A DNA stretch of 64,000 nt from Eimeria praecox (GCA_963920595.1 OY986946.1:6696001-6760000), one strand, 5' to 3'. Counted from the stretch's first letter, positions 25,686 to 39,285 are shown. Numbers and translations are program-made. The notes: generated from the letters alone by a model not told the origin.

Positions 25686-27826
25686 GGTTTACCATGCTGT
25701 GCATGAAGCTGGCACTTGCATCCCTACATGCTCGTAGGGTGACAACGGGGGATTATGATTAAAGGCAGTCCACAATACAGTCGGCAATGCTACCCCATAC
25801 AGGAAACGGGCATTTGCTGTGAGTACGCGCGGGTATATCTTGCATAACTAGCTGAAGCAAGGTGCGTTGTCATCGTTGTTGTGTAATGCGAGTCCCCAGT
25901 CTTAGGTGAGGCCCGTGATAAACTGCGATAAAACGAAATACTTACAAAGAAATTTAGCAACAAGCAGCAGCCATACTCTCCAGACTCGTGGCCTCCTGGG
26001 CATCACGGTCCAAGGGTCTGTGGCTGGTGGAGACAAGGCATGCCGTGGGCTGCAATGCTGCCGCTGGTGATGCAAGGCAGTCCAGCACACAGGCAGGGCG
26101 AATGCCTCTTTCATGTGTGCGATATCAATGTAAACTCCAGTGTATACGGTGTTTAAGTATTTACTCGATCCTCCATAATGCGCTACACTGCTATATATTA
26201 TGCTACATCCTTGTTGCTACCACGACACGTCTTGAACCCCGCACTCTCCCGCTCACGTTTGCATCAGCACAAACAACAACAGATACACCCCGCCAGCTGG
26301 AAACATCGTCGTTGGCATCAGAGGACGCCGACGTGTACAATAGTTTACGCGGGCCCTTCTCACCTGAAATCATAAACACCGCCGACTTCTCCGCAGCGCT
26401 GGCCATTGCTGCTGCTGCTATCCAAAAAGGCTCGTTGCAAATTGCGTGTGAATAGTTTTTTTACCATTTCCATTACCTCAGCCGGCCCTCCTCTCAGCTA
26501 CATGCAAGAACATCAACCATATCTCCTACCCTGCATCCTATAGCTGGTGATTCTGATGTGGGGGTGTCTCTAGGGCACAACTAGATTAGCTGATTTAAGA
26601 ATAAAGGCCCCTAGCGGGCAATGGCTAGCCACTTCCCACTCCGCTATTAGCTGTGTCTCTGCTCAGGTCAACATGCATGGTTTGCCCCATCCCGCAATTT
26701 AAAACAACTCAAGACAAAGAAGAGCCGTTTGGTGCTGAACAACAGCCATAAAAATGACATTTCATCCAAATATTATACAACTTGCATAGTTGCAAGAGGG
26801 AGAACGTACTCCCAGGGACACTTGCAAACCGTTGCATTGCTGTGTTCCCCCTCGCATGCCCCCCATTCCAGCCCATGCGCAGATGCGGGGAGATTCTGCA
26901 GGAGAACCTGGGGGATTCGTTGTGGGGTTTTGCAATATCAGCAGTTTATTTATATATATTTCTCACCAACAGCACGGCTGCTGGTGGAACTCATGCTAAC
27001 CTCGCGGGGGTGTGCCTCGCAACTGCAAAATCCACAGGCAGAAAGGGGGCGAACGGGTTGGCGCCGCCTCATTTCTTTTGCCCCATAGACCTCATATTTC
27101 GTTTCTTTTTTGGGGTCGAAAAAAACCAGGCTCTTCTTTGGTCTGTGCCGCTGAGTTCACTGTGTTCTGGCCGTTCTCCTGTACTCTGCCGTACCACGAC
27201 ACCTCTCAGGTGTATAGACACCCCTTTTTGACCTTCGACGAACGTGCTTCATTGTAACGAAGCACGTGATTTTTGCATATGTGCCATAGCTTTTTCCGCT
27301 GCAACTTCTTCTTGCGACGGCCTGTCGCATTTTTCCACTTCAACGATCTTTTTTCGCACACCTAGGAGCCAACCGCAGGCAAACTCGGAGCCGAGAGCAG
27401 GCCAAAAGACGCCGTCGCCGCGGGCCTGAGAATATAAGAAAGGATTTGAATTGAAAATTTCCACAAAGTGGTTACTCCTTCTACTTCACCTGAGCACCTC
27501 GTCTATGAAATGACTCGCCGGAAGCGTGACTCTTGCAGCTGCGTTGACATAACTGTGAGGAATAGGGGTTTCAAGGGAAATCCACCATCTCGTTCGAACC
27601 ACAAGGGACAATTTTAGAAAGTCCCAAGCTCTGGACCTCTTTGTGTGCAAGCTACGGGTCAAGAAACACCGCCAGCTAGAACCTTGTTGGTAGGGACTTA
27701 CAGATTGTCTCAGCTCCCGCAAGGTTGGTTTTATTAGTTGGATGTGATGATTCTTCACTGATTGAGTTAGTACTTGGTCAGCATCACCGACAGAAGCGAG
27801 AGCCTATCTGTTGTCTCTTGGGGACG

Positions 27827-29044
27827 ATGGCCCTACCAGGCTCGACCGTCGGGCTGAGGGCTCCCTTGCATGGTGAGGGGGGCCCTTCTGTGGTCCCTCT
27901 ACGGCATGCATTCAGCCAGGCGGAGACGAGGGATGGGCTCCATGCTTCAAGAAGCGTAGACGTACCTCGTGATGGTTCGCACGAGGCGAACTGTCGCCGC
28001 TGCTCCAATTGCACTTGCAGCGCAGGTGTTGGAGGGGGCCGGGCACCGTCTCGAAAGGCGTTGTTCGAGGTATCTGCTGCTGACGCGTCTATAGTTGCTT
28101 CTGTAGCAGCTTTGTTGCAGCACCTGGGTATGCAAAATAGCTCTGAAGGGTGCGGGGCGCCTTGCTTTCTTAGTGCGACGGAGCCAATGATCAGCATGAC
28201 GGACTACTTGGAACGTTTAGCTCGTTTTTTTCAGTGCAGTAAGGAGTGTTTTGTGCTGGCCTTGGTTTATATTGACAGGCTGCTCCAGATGAACAGCAAC
28301 GTGTGGCTGTGTCCTCTCAACCTGCACCGTCTGACGGTAACAGCCCTGATGGTCGCTGTAAAATTTGCGGACGACACATTCTACTCAAACGCTTACTATG
28401 CGAAGGTCGGGGGCCTCCCTTTGCGGGAGATGAACCACCTTGAGGCCACACTGCTGCGCATGCTGCACTTCAGGCTGCATGTAATGCCCTGGGAATTTCA
28501 CAAGTATTTTAGACTCGTCGTTGACTCTCCTTTTGCTGCGAGGCGACAACACCGCGCCATTTGCTGGAATAGCAACCAACCCCTTCAACCAGCTGCATCT
28601 GATGGTGGATCGAGCAGCAATAGCAGCAGCACCAGTAATAACGGGCTTGAAGGGTTGGCTTGTAGCAGCAGCAGAAGGGGCAGCAGCAGTGGCAAAGCAC
28701 CTCAACAGCAGTGCGGGAACACGTGCTGCTCTCCGTCTTCTTCTGGGTCGACTGGATGCTTCTCGGGTAGTTCCCAGTCAGTTTCACCTCCTTCTACACC
28801 GGAGGCGTCTGCTGCCACGAAATCCCCGCTGCAGCAGCAAGAGCTAGCTAGCAGCAGCAGGTGGTGCTCACCCGAACAGTTGGTCAAGCGTGCAGCGGCA
28901 GCAGACGACGAGCATTCCGTTCCTGAAAAACATATACACCAAGTAGAACGGCGGGGCTGCACGGGGGAAGACCATTGGGGCTCTTTCCCCGTACAAGCCT
29001 CAAACTGTGGAGTTAAGGAGGCCCCACAGCCAGCATCCATGTGA
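27827..29044 (+). CDS. PHO80/P-type cyclin, single exon, about 405 aa
   Basis: Cyclin box PMISMTDYLERLARFFQCSKECFVLALVYIDRL...LHRLTVTALMVAVKFADDTFYSNAYYAKVGGLPLREMNHLE. First ATG at 27827. Ser-rich tail. Confidence 0.92.
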   Translation: MALPGSTVGLRAPLHGEGGPSVVPLRHAFSQAETRDGLHASRSVDVPRDGSHEANCRRCSNCTCSAGVGGGRAPSRKALFEVSAADASIVASVAALLQHLGMQNSSEGCGAPCFLSATEPMISMTDYLERLARFFQCSKECFVLALVYIDRLLQMNSNVWLCPLNLHRLTVTALMVAVKFADDTFYSNAYYAKVGGLPLREMNHLEATLLRMLHFRLHVMPWEFHKYFRLVVDSPFAARRQHRAICWNSNQPLQPAASDGGSSSNSSSTSNNGLEGLACSSSRRGSSSGKAPQQQCGNTCCSPSSSGSTGCFSGSSQSVSPPSTPEASAATKSPLQQQELASSSRWCSPEQLVKRAAAADDEHSVPEKHIHQVERRGCTGEDHWGSFPVQASNCGVKEAPQPASM

Positions 29045-29156
29045 AGGGTGTTGGAGTGGAATCAGCATTTTCATTTTGGAGGGGTTACGTCAGTAGCGCA
29101 ACTCCTCTTCTTCATTTGGACGTTCTAGGGGTAGGAGAGCTGGTTTGTTGGTTTGT

Positions 29157-29235
29157 AGGGGGTGGGTCGGTGGGGGTGTTTGGGGGTGGGGGTGGGGGTG
29201 GGGGTGGGGGTTGGTGGGGGTTTGGGGGGATGGGT
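29157..29235 (+). repeat. G-run tract (GGGGGT)n, potential G-quadruplex in the cyclin 3' region
   Basis: More than ten runs of 3-6 G separated by 1-4 nt. Confidence 0.7.
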
Positions 29236-29945
29236 ATGTAGGATTTGGTCTTCTTTGGTTTTAAGCAGGCGGGGCCGGGTTATGATCGAACCCCGTCTTT
29301 CTGGAGTGACGGTTTAGCGTAGGGGGATGGCTGAGTTCAGCGAGAGAGGGGCTTTCTGCTGTGCTAGGAAGGGAACGGGTTAGTAGGAAGTAATATAATA
29401 ATATATATAACATGAATGACAGCAGAACGTGAAGCGACGAAGAGGGGGCCAATATTTCTTACCCATCCCCATGATTTACGCCTTCACAATGCACAGAGGA
29501 GGTCTTTCGGTTAACCCTCCTCGATTGTTTTTACATTTGAAACCCAACATCTCATGTAAACTCAAAGTAAATGTTTTACACACGAAGCCACACACGAACA
29601 GTCACAACACCTAGCGAATCGAGATCCGTACTAGCTGCTGACTCTCTCGTATTTAGGGTCCCCTCTTAGTTGCTGCTGATCAACCACTGGCTGGCTGGCA
29701 GTAGCTCTTGCTGCTGCTCTGCTGTATCCACATAGAAAGCAACAGAAACAAGGACGAGTAGTCTGTTGAAATGCCTACCTTTACTGGCAATAAGTGCAAT
29801 AAGGCCCCCCTAGACGGGTCTGTCAATAGGAGGCTCCACTGTAATTACAGTGGAGGCAGAAATACAGTTCAAATGGTTCGTATGTTTCAATGATTTGGAT
29901 TCGACTGTTCCCAACTTCAGGCGGCGTGCCGAAAATATACTGCTC

Positions 29946-29946
<1 letters not shown>

Positions 29947-30026
<80 letters not shown>
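29947..30026. repeat. (TA)n microsatellite
   Basis: Seen directly. Confidence 0.95.
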
Positions 30027-30029
<3 letters not shown>

Positions 30030-30181
30030 CTGCCGTAGCAGATGGCACGGAGCACTGTCATACACCAGCGCAGCACACTGCAAGGAGTTTGAAATTCATC
30101 CTGCTGCAGCAGCTGCGTCGAGGAAGCCGGTGCTGCTGCTGCTGCTGCTGCTGCAGCAGCAACAGCGTGTATTGTGCATAG

Positions 30182-31572
30182 TTATTGCTGTAAAACGGCG
30201 TCTACAATAGCCTGCAGCACCGCAGGCGTTCTCCCCGCTGCTGCAGCAGTAATACAATTTCCCACGCGTATGCTGAGAGCCGGGTTTTCGGCTCGTATCC
30301 AAACGCGGCCATTGAGACCAACGGCTATCTCAAAGGGTAGACGGCTGCCCAGTAGCTTCAACACCAAACTGTCGGGACACAACAGACTGCAGCAACACAC
30401 GCACACGTATTTGTATATACTTGCTGGAAACTCTGAATAACCATGAAAATCCAAATTTCAAGCAAACAGTGTAGCTATCAAATCATCACGAACAGCAGCA
30501 GTGGCAGCAGCAGCAGCAGCAAATGCAAATGCAGCAGTGACAGCAGCAGCAGAACCCGCACAGCAAAGCACAACAACAACAAACATATCGGTCAGACCTG
30601 AATGCGAATGGGATGGGGACCTCAATAATTATTCCCCCTCTTAGCTCTCCAAGGACTTTCTCACTGCTCGTCCATGGCTTGCTGCAGTTGCTGCTGCAGC
30701 ACGTAACGTCAGCTCCCAGCAGCGGAGACAGGTGAGACACACGCACCAGCAGCACAGACCCTAAACCCAGCATTGGTTTGTTTCTCCTCGTCGCCCCCTC
30801 AAATCCCGCCACGGCGGCCAGACGAGCTGGAGCAAAGCCACGGATGTTAACCTGAACAGAAACACAGCCGATACAGTACAGTTGTTGTAAGCTGCCAGCT
30901 AGTGTTTGCCTGCATTCTTAAATCAGCAGATCTAGTTGTGCTCCGGGGAAACAACCACATCAGAGTCGCCAACAGCAGAATACTTTAGGGGATATAGTTC
31001 AGACTCCAGGGTATAAATGAAAGGGGAACAGGATGCGGTAACTGGCCCGGCAACAACCCGCGCAGTCATAATATATGTATGACGAGGCATTCTGTAGAAC
31101 AACTAACAACAGCAATAGCTAGATATACACATATATATCCGACGCCCTGTTTATTTAAGGTGAAGGGCCCACATACACTATAGTATTCTGAGCCTTTTGA
31201 GTTGATGATGCCGATGACGGTGTCCCCAACTCGTGGGGTGTATCTGTTGTGCGTGCTGATGCAAACATAAGTGGGAGCATGGGGGGGTAGGACGTTCCTA
31301 GGCATCAACAAGGAGGGTGTTCTTGCTTTAACGCAAGGCCCAGCTCCCTCAACATCTACGGAAGACTCCGATTGGTGCTGCTGGTCTTGATTTCCTGAAG
31401 CCTCCGAGTTGTGTAGGTGCACCGCACTCCAATCAAATGTGCGGGCTACAGCTGCTGCAGCGGCTGCTGAGGCTTTGGCTGCAGCGGCAACCTCTGCTGC
31501 TGTGCCTTCTGAACGTTGAATTATAGGGCAGTAGTCTCCAGGAAGGAAGACAGAAGGCCCCTCTGCTGCCAT
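30182..31572 (-). CDS. RRP40: Exosome complex component RRP40, 3 exons, about 284 aa
   Basis: Exons 31177-31572, 30598-30851 and 30182-30386 join in frame. Motifs VFLPGD, RYTPRVGDTVIGII, FEGATRRNKPML, LGELRGG and PFEIAVGLNGRVWI. Confidence 0.92.
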
Positions 31573-32394
31573 TTCGTCTACAGATGTGCACGCCCAAGAG
31601 CCGCAGCACAAGCAGCAAAAGCTGCAATCAGAAAGAGGAAAGATACAAGAAAGGGGGGACTACCACGGATAGACAGACAGAAGGGTTTGAGGACAACTTC
31701 AGCCCTGGGCAAAGCTTGGGGGTGATGACTGCTCCGAATGAGATGCTCCGAAAAGCCATTTGCTATGGCGTAGAGCAACGTGCCTCAAAGGGGCATAGCA
31801 GCCTACAAGCCTGCGATCCTCCTCTCCATACATTCAGATTATTCATAGCATAGGCCAAATGCAGCTTATGGGTTCATACACGCCCATGTACAGCCTTTCT
31901 TCCTATCAGAGGGCCCCCTATGTACGCACTGACAGGGATTTCTGGTGCCTGTGGGCTTTGCTTTGAAGCAGGATACAGAATATAAAACAAATATACTTAT
32001 TTCGGAAAAAATTAACCAAAGAATGAGATCTAGGATTGTGAAAACCCCCAAACACGATAAGGCTGAACATCGTGGGGCCCTCTAGCAATGGTAGCCCTCT
32101 CGTCTTCCCCGTCGATTGTGTATTCTTGTATACATCTCCAACAAGATATAATATTTTTAATAATTATGCAATAATTAAGCTTATAAATGCTGTGTAAGTG
32201 TGCTTAGTTCATGATATGTTCACGTTTCCTCGCACTGTGCTACTCCGACAGCAACAAGTATTCCTTCGTACTTCGTATCTGTGGCTGTGTTGCTGTCTTT
32301 CCTTCCTTGGAAACCTAACCTGAAACGAGATAATCCATTACTTTTTATCTGCCCTAAGGCTTCTGTATTAACAGACTGGCCTCTGGTGTAGCAG

Positions 32395-32750
32395 ATGGCC
32401 TTCCCAGAGGGCTGGGGGCCTCCTCCCCAATTTGCTATATGGCGTGTTACGGCTGAAGGCGCCCCGTTGAACACGCACACAAAGTCACTCAACGGCACTG
32501 TAGGCAGTGGCAAGGAGGATAAAGAAACGGCATGTTCAAGGACAGAAGCCGTAGAGGAACACTTCAATGGGGGCCCGGCAGATGAACACACAGGAGATGA
32601 AGCGGCAGTTTTGTTTGCTGTTAAAGGGGGGCCCACTGCTGACAATGAGATGCTGGTCAGATACTGAACTTCGTATGATTGGTTTCTGAAGAGGACATTG
32701 CTGAAACAAGTTTCATTCATTTTGCTTGCATTTGAGAGGGACGGAAACAT

Positions 32751-32848
<98 letters not shown>

Positions 32849-35533
32849 TATTGTATTAATATTATATATTATTAATATAATATATAATATTATATTATAT
32901 TCTATTAGTGTCTGTCGTCACCTCTCTGCTTCCCAAGCAGGCTGTCAAGCTCCGATATATGTTTCTGTGTTAGTTTTTCTGCATACAGTGCTTTTATAGA
33001 TAATTTTCTCCGTTTGCTGTACTGTGTGTGTGTTTTTTCCCGTGTCTTTGTTTCTACCTCCTCTGCCGCCTATCCCCTCGCATTCGTAGCTGTGTTTCTA
33101 TGTGTGTATGCCTCCCTGCTTGCCTATCTGATTCTGTGTCTCTCAATATGTTCCATTCTCTTCACCCGTGTGCTGCTGTGCTTGCTTTGTGCTGATGCGT
33201 GCCTGTGCACGTCTGATGCGTCTGCTTGTGTATTATAGTCTGTATGCCTCCTCTGCCCGTACTTCTCCTCCTCGCATGTATGTGTCCTTTCCTATCTGTA
33301 CGCTTTCCTCTCTTTTTTGTACGGGATATATGCGGCGTGTGTTGCTGCTGCACTTTCAGGTGAAGAAAGGGGAATATGAAGGAGGCTTTTCTATTTGGGA
33401 GTGTACGTGGGACCTTTTGGGGTTTTTGCAAAAGTCAGACAAACGGGAAGTTAATGAAGTGCTTAGCTTGGTTACCTGCGGCCATGTGCTCGATCTGGGT
33501 GAGTCTTATAGCCGCGAGTGCTGCTTTCTCTCCTCACTTTCTTTTCTGTGTTTGTAGCCCGCGCCCGCCAAACAGACCCTCCCCGCGCCTCTCCTGTTGC
33601 ATCGAAGCATGCCAACCGATTTGTTTTCGAAATGAACGACAAGAAGGCAATCTTACTTGGTTTTTATTCTTGTTCATTCTGAGCATAAACACACAATTTT
33701 CGTGCAGGTTGCGGCCACGGCCTGTTGGGTATTTGGGCTCTTAAAACCGGCGCTCCCGCTGTGGTCTTTCAGGACTTGAACGAAAATGTGAGGCGTGGAT
33801 CTGTTGCACATACATGCATTTTCCACTGCCAGCACAGCCCCTGCATCCCTCCTACCCCCTATTGAAATTTTCACAGTTGGCTGCTGTGTCGAGAAGCACT
33901 GGCTGACAGCTTATAGGCATGTAGCCATGCCTATAAGCTGTCAGCCAGTGCTTCTATAAGCACACAGCTTCTATAAGATAACAGCTTATAGGCATGCAGC
34001 CATATATGGCTTCGCTCAAGAGTTGAGGAATTCAGATCACTACTGGTTCGGTGCATCTTTGCCAGTGATCAGGCTGATTAGCTAGATAGCTCATTGGAAA
34101 ACTGCGTGGCCACCTATTCAGTGCGTTACCGGGTGTGTGCGTAAATATTGATGGCAGTTTAGGCACTCAGTGTGGCTCGCTGGCTTCTTTTATAATCAAC
34201 CGGCTAGCTAGTTTGTTACTTGGCTTGTTAGGTAGCTGGTTAGTTTGCTGGTTGGCACATTGCCGTGGGCATATGCTCCAGGGGGCCTTGGAGCGCTGCT
34301 TTGAACATTTCGAGGTGTGCGGATCCCTTGGTCTTCTATGCTTTTATTTTCCCCTTTGCTCTCTTCTTGCTTGAAGGTGCTTAAGCAAGCAACTCGGTGG
34401 AACATCCTTAAGAACACCGAGAACAGTATCCTTGGCTCTGCGGCGCCCCATCAGCATCAGTTGTCTGCTTGCTTTGACGACGCCTCTCCCCTGGCTAAAG
34501 CTGCCCGTTTCGGAGACCTTGGGGCAGGGTCTATAGATGATGCGGGGAATTCAATGGAAAGCGAGGGCAACGGACAACGAAAGGACGTGGGAAGCTTTCC
34601 CTTGCTGCAGGGTCGCGCTCTTTGCCTGGCGGCTTCGTGGGAAAAGTATCCCAAGATTCACTGCTCATGCCAAGGAGCAAAACCTAAGGCAACTGCAGAG
34701 ATAAAGACAACCGAAGGAACACCCGAAGGACAAAACGAGACAGTGCAGGAGAAAGATGGAAGCTTGGCGACAGGCATAGCAGAGACAGACATGACAGGTG
34801 AGACTCTCAGGCAGCCCAACGCACGAGAAATTGGATTCAGCGTCATTTTCTGTTCCGAAGGAATCTACAGAGAGGAAACATTCGAGCCCCTTGCCGCCAT
34901 ATTCAAACGTCTGCTTCACAAGGACGGCATCGCCCTTGTCGCCTCCAAGAGGTGAGAGGAGCACCTAATTTACCCCCATTTACACTTATACGCGTGTTCA
35001 TGGTAAATGCCAGTCGAATTTGAGTATCGTCTTTGTGGAAGAGATTCCCCACGTCCACTTGACAGCTGATTCTGCGTACGAATTCCCAAGTTTGGCTCTA
35101 GTGTGCGAGTAAAGTGTACAGTTTAAGAATGCCTGGCAAACTCTCAACGCCAAGTTGCCATTTTGTCTCTTTTTTGCTGTTGATTTTTGCCCTGAGTATT
35201 CGGCATATCATGACTGAATAGCATGCATGGTATATGTAGGTAAAGCCATTAATGTGTACTAACCATTTCTTCTAATGGGATAACCTTCACGTTTTATAGC
35301 TATTCCGCCCCTCCCCCCCCCAACTTCACCGTTGAAGCTCTGCCGTCTGCTTTGATTCAAGGTACTACTTCGGCATTGGCGGCGGGTCTTTGGCCTTCAT
35401 GTCCTTTCTTCGCGAGAAGTACTCTGACGCTCTTTCAGTTGAAGTAGCGGACTCGTTTAGGAGTGCGAATTCCAACAACTTTAGGGATGTTCTGTTAATT
35501 AGGAAAAAGGACAAGCCAGACGCCCAAGTGTGA
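32395..35533 (+). CDS. METTL18: Protein-histidine N-methyltransferase Hpm1/METTL18-like, 5 exons, about 408 aa
   Basis: Exons 32395-32655, 33360-33498, 33708-33787, 34377-34951 and 35362-35533 join in frame. Motifs GEYEGGFSIWECTWDL, VLDLGCGHGLLG, VVFQDLN, SEGIY and ASKRYYFGIGGG. The first exon is the least certain. Confidence 0.85.
32757..32842. repeat. (TA)n microsatellite in methyltransferase intron 1
   Basis: Seen directly. Confidence 0.95.
33892..33955. repeat. Perfect 30-bp inverted repeat with a 4-nt loop (intronic hairpin)
   Basis: agaagcactggctgacagcttataggcatg-TAGC-catgcctataagctgtcagccagtgcttct. Confidence 0.95.
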
Positions 35534-36389
35534 ATGGATTTGGTTTTAAAAGCTTGAACTGCTATGCCATACTGCCTTCTTCCTCCTTTTGGCAAGCATA
35601 CTGGGCAACAAACCCCGTATAGACCTGCGCCCCCTTCTTTAGTTTTGGTCTCGTCACCCCACGGCGCGTAAAACGTTTTTTTCTTGTTTGTACTGCATCG
35701 AATCGCAATTAGGACCAGCCATGCAATTTTAAACATGCATCTGAAATCCCGGCCGTGCGATACCTGTCTCGTTTACCGTGCGCACGTTTATCCTACTTTG
35801 GCATCACCAAGATTAATTGCAGGCAACTGCTAAACATTGCCAGCGTTGCTTCAGCGGGGTAGCTTTAGTGGCAATCTGCCTATTTGTAGGCGCGGCTGGC
35901 ACTGGCCCTTGATACCGGTATTTGTGCCATCAGTGGTGGCCTTAGCTGCAGCTCCCATTTTCAGCCATTTATTCTGATGCGGGTTGTCTACTAGCAGGAG
36001 CGTATACCCAGAGCAGATACTAACAGTCAACGTTATTAGTATTGTCAGACGATTGTTTCGAATAGTTTGCGACAACTTATCAACTCGTGATGGTGTTGCT
36101 TGTAGCCGACGCAGACTCCTGTGAGGCTACGGACGGTGAAACATAACTGTTTTGCATGGAAATAGAAGCTTCAAGACGATGGCCATCTGAGTTGCAAACT
36201 GTCCGTTATTAAGCTTTTGGAGAGGGGTAAAATGGCAGCCAGAGCCATGAGTTGAAAATATTAAGGAGGGAACGCAGACCAGCTAATCTTAAGGAGTTTT
36301 GGGCTGAAGGGATCGACTCATCAAGTCTGTGTTACGATTTCATAATATGATGGATGCAGTTATGGGGGCATGCTTGATCTTCCAAAAGC

Positions 36390-37240
36390 TGGCGTGATCT
36401 CAAAGGGGCCATGGTACCGAGGCTCAAACTTTGAGCAGTTATTCATAGCCGGCAAATGTTTGCTGCTGAGCCACACTTCGTCTTCCACAGCTCGTGAGCC
36501 CCACTTTGTCACCCACAGCAAACTCCAAAGCTCGCCTCTTGGAATCAGAGTAAGATTCTTTGCACCACTTCGCCTTCAGCCCTGCCCCCGATCACACAGT
36601 TGACGAAGTAGCTTGGTCATATGAGGGGTGAATGTAGAAGCCAAAACATCCACAATATCGAGATCCCCCGCCATCGGAGAGTTCTCACCAATCATAACCT
36701 CAAAGGATGAAAGCTCAGCTGAGGAGTGGCTGGATGTGTTGTATGCGAACTCCAGTGCAGGAGGGCGTCGCTACTATTCACACTAGTTATTTTGGGAATA
36801 TGCTCGTATTATTTGCTCCAGCGTGCGATTGAGCTGCTTCGTATGGCCGTCACTCTGTGAAAGATAAGCGGAAGGCATTGCGCACCGAATGCTAAATCGG
36901 CTGAACAGTTGCTGCCACATCTACGGCAGAAAGCGACGGCCACGAACGGAAATAAGCACTTCAGGGAATCCATGACAGCGAGCTAGCCGATCAGCAAGAA
37001 CTCCCGCAGTATAAGCAGCTGTTAACGACTTTTTCGTAGGGACAATGCGAGCCACCTTGCTGAGTGAGTCAACCAGCGCCAAGATAGACTCACTCCCAGC
37101 AGCGGTGAGAGGAACATCAGCACTAAATTCGAGGCTGGCATGGCTTCACCGACGAGAAGGAATGCGTAGCGGTTGAAGGAGGCCTACAGGTTTATGGCTA
37201 AGCGATTTAGAAGCCCAACAGTTTTATGCAGGGCTTGGAC
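36390..37240 (-). mobile_element. Ty3/gypsy integrase pseudogene (rve core plus GPY/F)
   Basis: Minus-strand translation: PLRIPSRR*SHASLEF...ILALVDSLSKVARIVP...CHGFPEVLISVRGRRF...SAYLSQSDGHTKQLNRTLEQIIRAY...LEFAYN...FAVGDKV...PRYHGPFEI. Several stops are present and catalytic acidic residues are altered. Confidence 0.88.
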
Positions 37241-38269
37241 GCCTTCGCGAAACCCAGCTTTCAAGTCTAACCCATGGGACAGAGCGCAGCAGCAACCAGT
37301 GGCAGTCTCGGGCTGCTGCAACACAGTGTGGGCGGCGACAGCGTCACAAGCTCTGGCGTTGAGTGTCTCGAAGCCCCCGTGCCTAAAGCGTCTTTCGGCC
37401 AATATCCTTCGTGCATTTGACGGTCATCGATGTTGCGCGCCAGGTATTGCATTTGCCGTTTACTGACCCACTTGCTGCTGCAACACCGTCGCCTTATTGC
37501 TTATTGCTAACTGCCCTGTGCACTTGCGGTGGCACTAGCTCGGAATCAGCGTGGGGGATGTAGGCACCTTGTGTATGAGTAAGCGGGGTTTGTCCTTGGC
37601 TCCGCTGCTGGTTCTGTCTGTGGTATCGCGACGAGAATGCAGCGTATTCGCCACGTAGGATATGCATTAACGTGGCAACCCCAGGAAATGTTCAGAGTGT
37701 ACTTAATTATACGGCTTACCAACGGTAGGCCGAGAACTCGGTAGTACCAACGGTAGTTAAAGCCTCTGCAACGAAAAGCAGGCTACTTTAGGTTCACGCT
37801 TGCCCAGAATACATGGGAATAATTGCTGGCCTACTCACCAGGGATGCAAAACATAAACTCCCTTTTTGGTTTCCGGGCGTCCTGCGAATTGGAGCCGAGA
37901 CGGGGAATGCTCACTAATGCGCTTAGATCCAGGCAGGCAGTTGCGCTTCAGCACGCTTCTCAGGTAGAGAGAAATATGCTGCTTCGTTTGGCGCTTCACT
38001 TGTGCGAGTGACGACTTTCTAGTAGGTATCGAACGCGCACAGGTACAAGCTCGTGCGATTGGGAACCAGCTGGGGTCAAGCCCTCTACATGCTGCTTGAG
38101 AGTTCCCGTTGCAGGCAACTGTGCTGGAATGGAGAAGTGAGGCTAGTGGGGATAGTCTCCCCCAAAAGAACGCTAATGAAATATGCTGTTTTTCTCTTTG
38201 GGATGAGCATCGTGCGAAAATATCGGTAGCAGCCACTTCTATAATGTACGGAGGTTTCATGAAGGATGA

Positions 38270-39285
38270 TTCTGTCGAGCCAAGCTAAGAATAGCAGATT
38301 TGTGCTAGCGAGGGGTCTGGTAGTCAATAGAAGAACAACTTTCCTTATTGAGCAGTATGATCTACAGGTCTAATCAATGGAGAGCGAAGTAGTATCCGAG
38401 GGACTGAACCAGGCACATGCCTAATACCTCACTATTGAAGGGGTATATAAGAATACTAGACCCTGACACAGCACTCCCGACGGCAGCTTTCTCTGATAGC
38501 GTGTACAGGCACAGATGCACCCGCTGGGGGGAAATTGACTCAATAATTTATTAATAGATATTCTGAAATAGACCCTAGCCGTGCTAGTCGTGGCATACCT
38601 AGCCCACGTACATGAGTCGCTCTGATCAGCCAAGTTTAACAGGGTGCTGAGAAGCACATAAAGAATCGTTAAATACCCTACCAAAAAGTTGACAGCCTTG
38701 TTTTTCGAGATTGCCAGGAGTTCTGTTCTGAGAAAGAAAGGATCTCCCCCACCTCCTTGCGCCAATGAATGCACAGTGGCGCTGCCACCTCTCTGTAGCG
38801 AGAGCCCTGGATAGTACCTGAGAACCGTCGTGAGTAGAAAAGAGTCAGAGTAGCTAAAGATGAGAGTTTCTCGAAAGAAGCTGACCCTGCCTTCAATATC
38901 CATTTGCAGGTAGGGTCCTCAGTCCTAGCTGAAGACCGTCGTGAACTGTAAATGACTCAAGCATTGAATAAAGAGTTCCCCCAAAGCAACTAACCTCCAT
39001 TTCAGTTTGCTGGCCTCCTGGGCGCAGCGGGCCCTCCAGCTGGTAGGGGACACAGGCAAACCTGCCATGGGCTGAAACGTATCATGCTGAAACTAGCCAT
39101 GCAAGACGGCCCCACATGCATGCGCATTTAATCTCTTCTGTAGCATGGCCTGCTTCATGCTGGAACTCGTGCATCTACTTGCTCGCAGGCTGACTACGGA
39201 GGATCAAGCACGCGTTTAAAGCCAGTCTAAACTAAGTCTCCAACGCTAGCGATGAAGCAAAGGGCCTTTAGCTTTGCATGCATGC
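38270..39285. repeat. Dispersed degenerate repeat blocks shared with 7370-7720 and 8628-8983
   Basis: Pairwise matches as given for those two features. Confidence 0.65.

Noticed and set aside
25902..26455. ORFs with a vaguely gag-like QFITGL peptide
   Set aside because: There is no further supporting motif, so it cannot be assigned.
27725..27826. N-terminal extension of the cyclin ORF
   Set aside because: It depends on a non-ATG start; the first ATG is at 27827.
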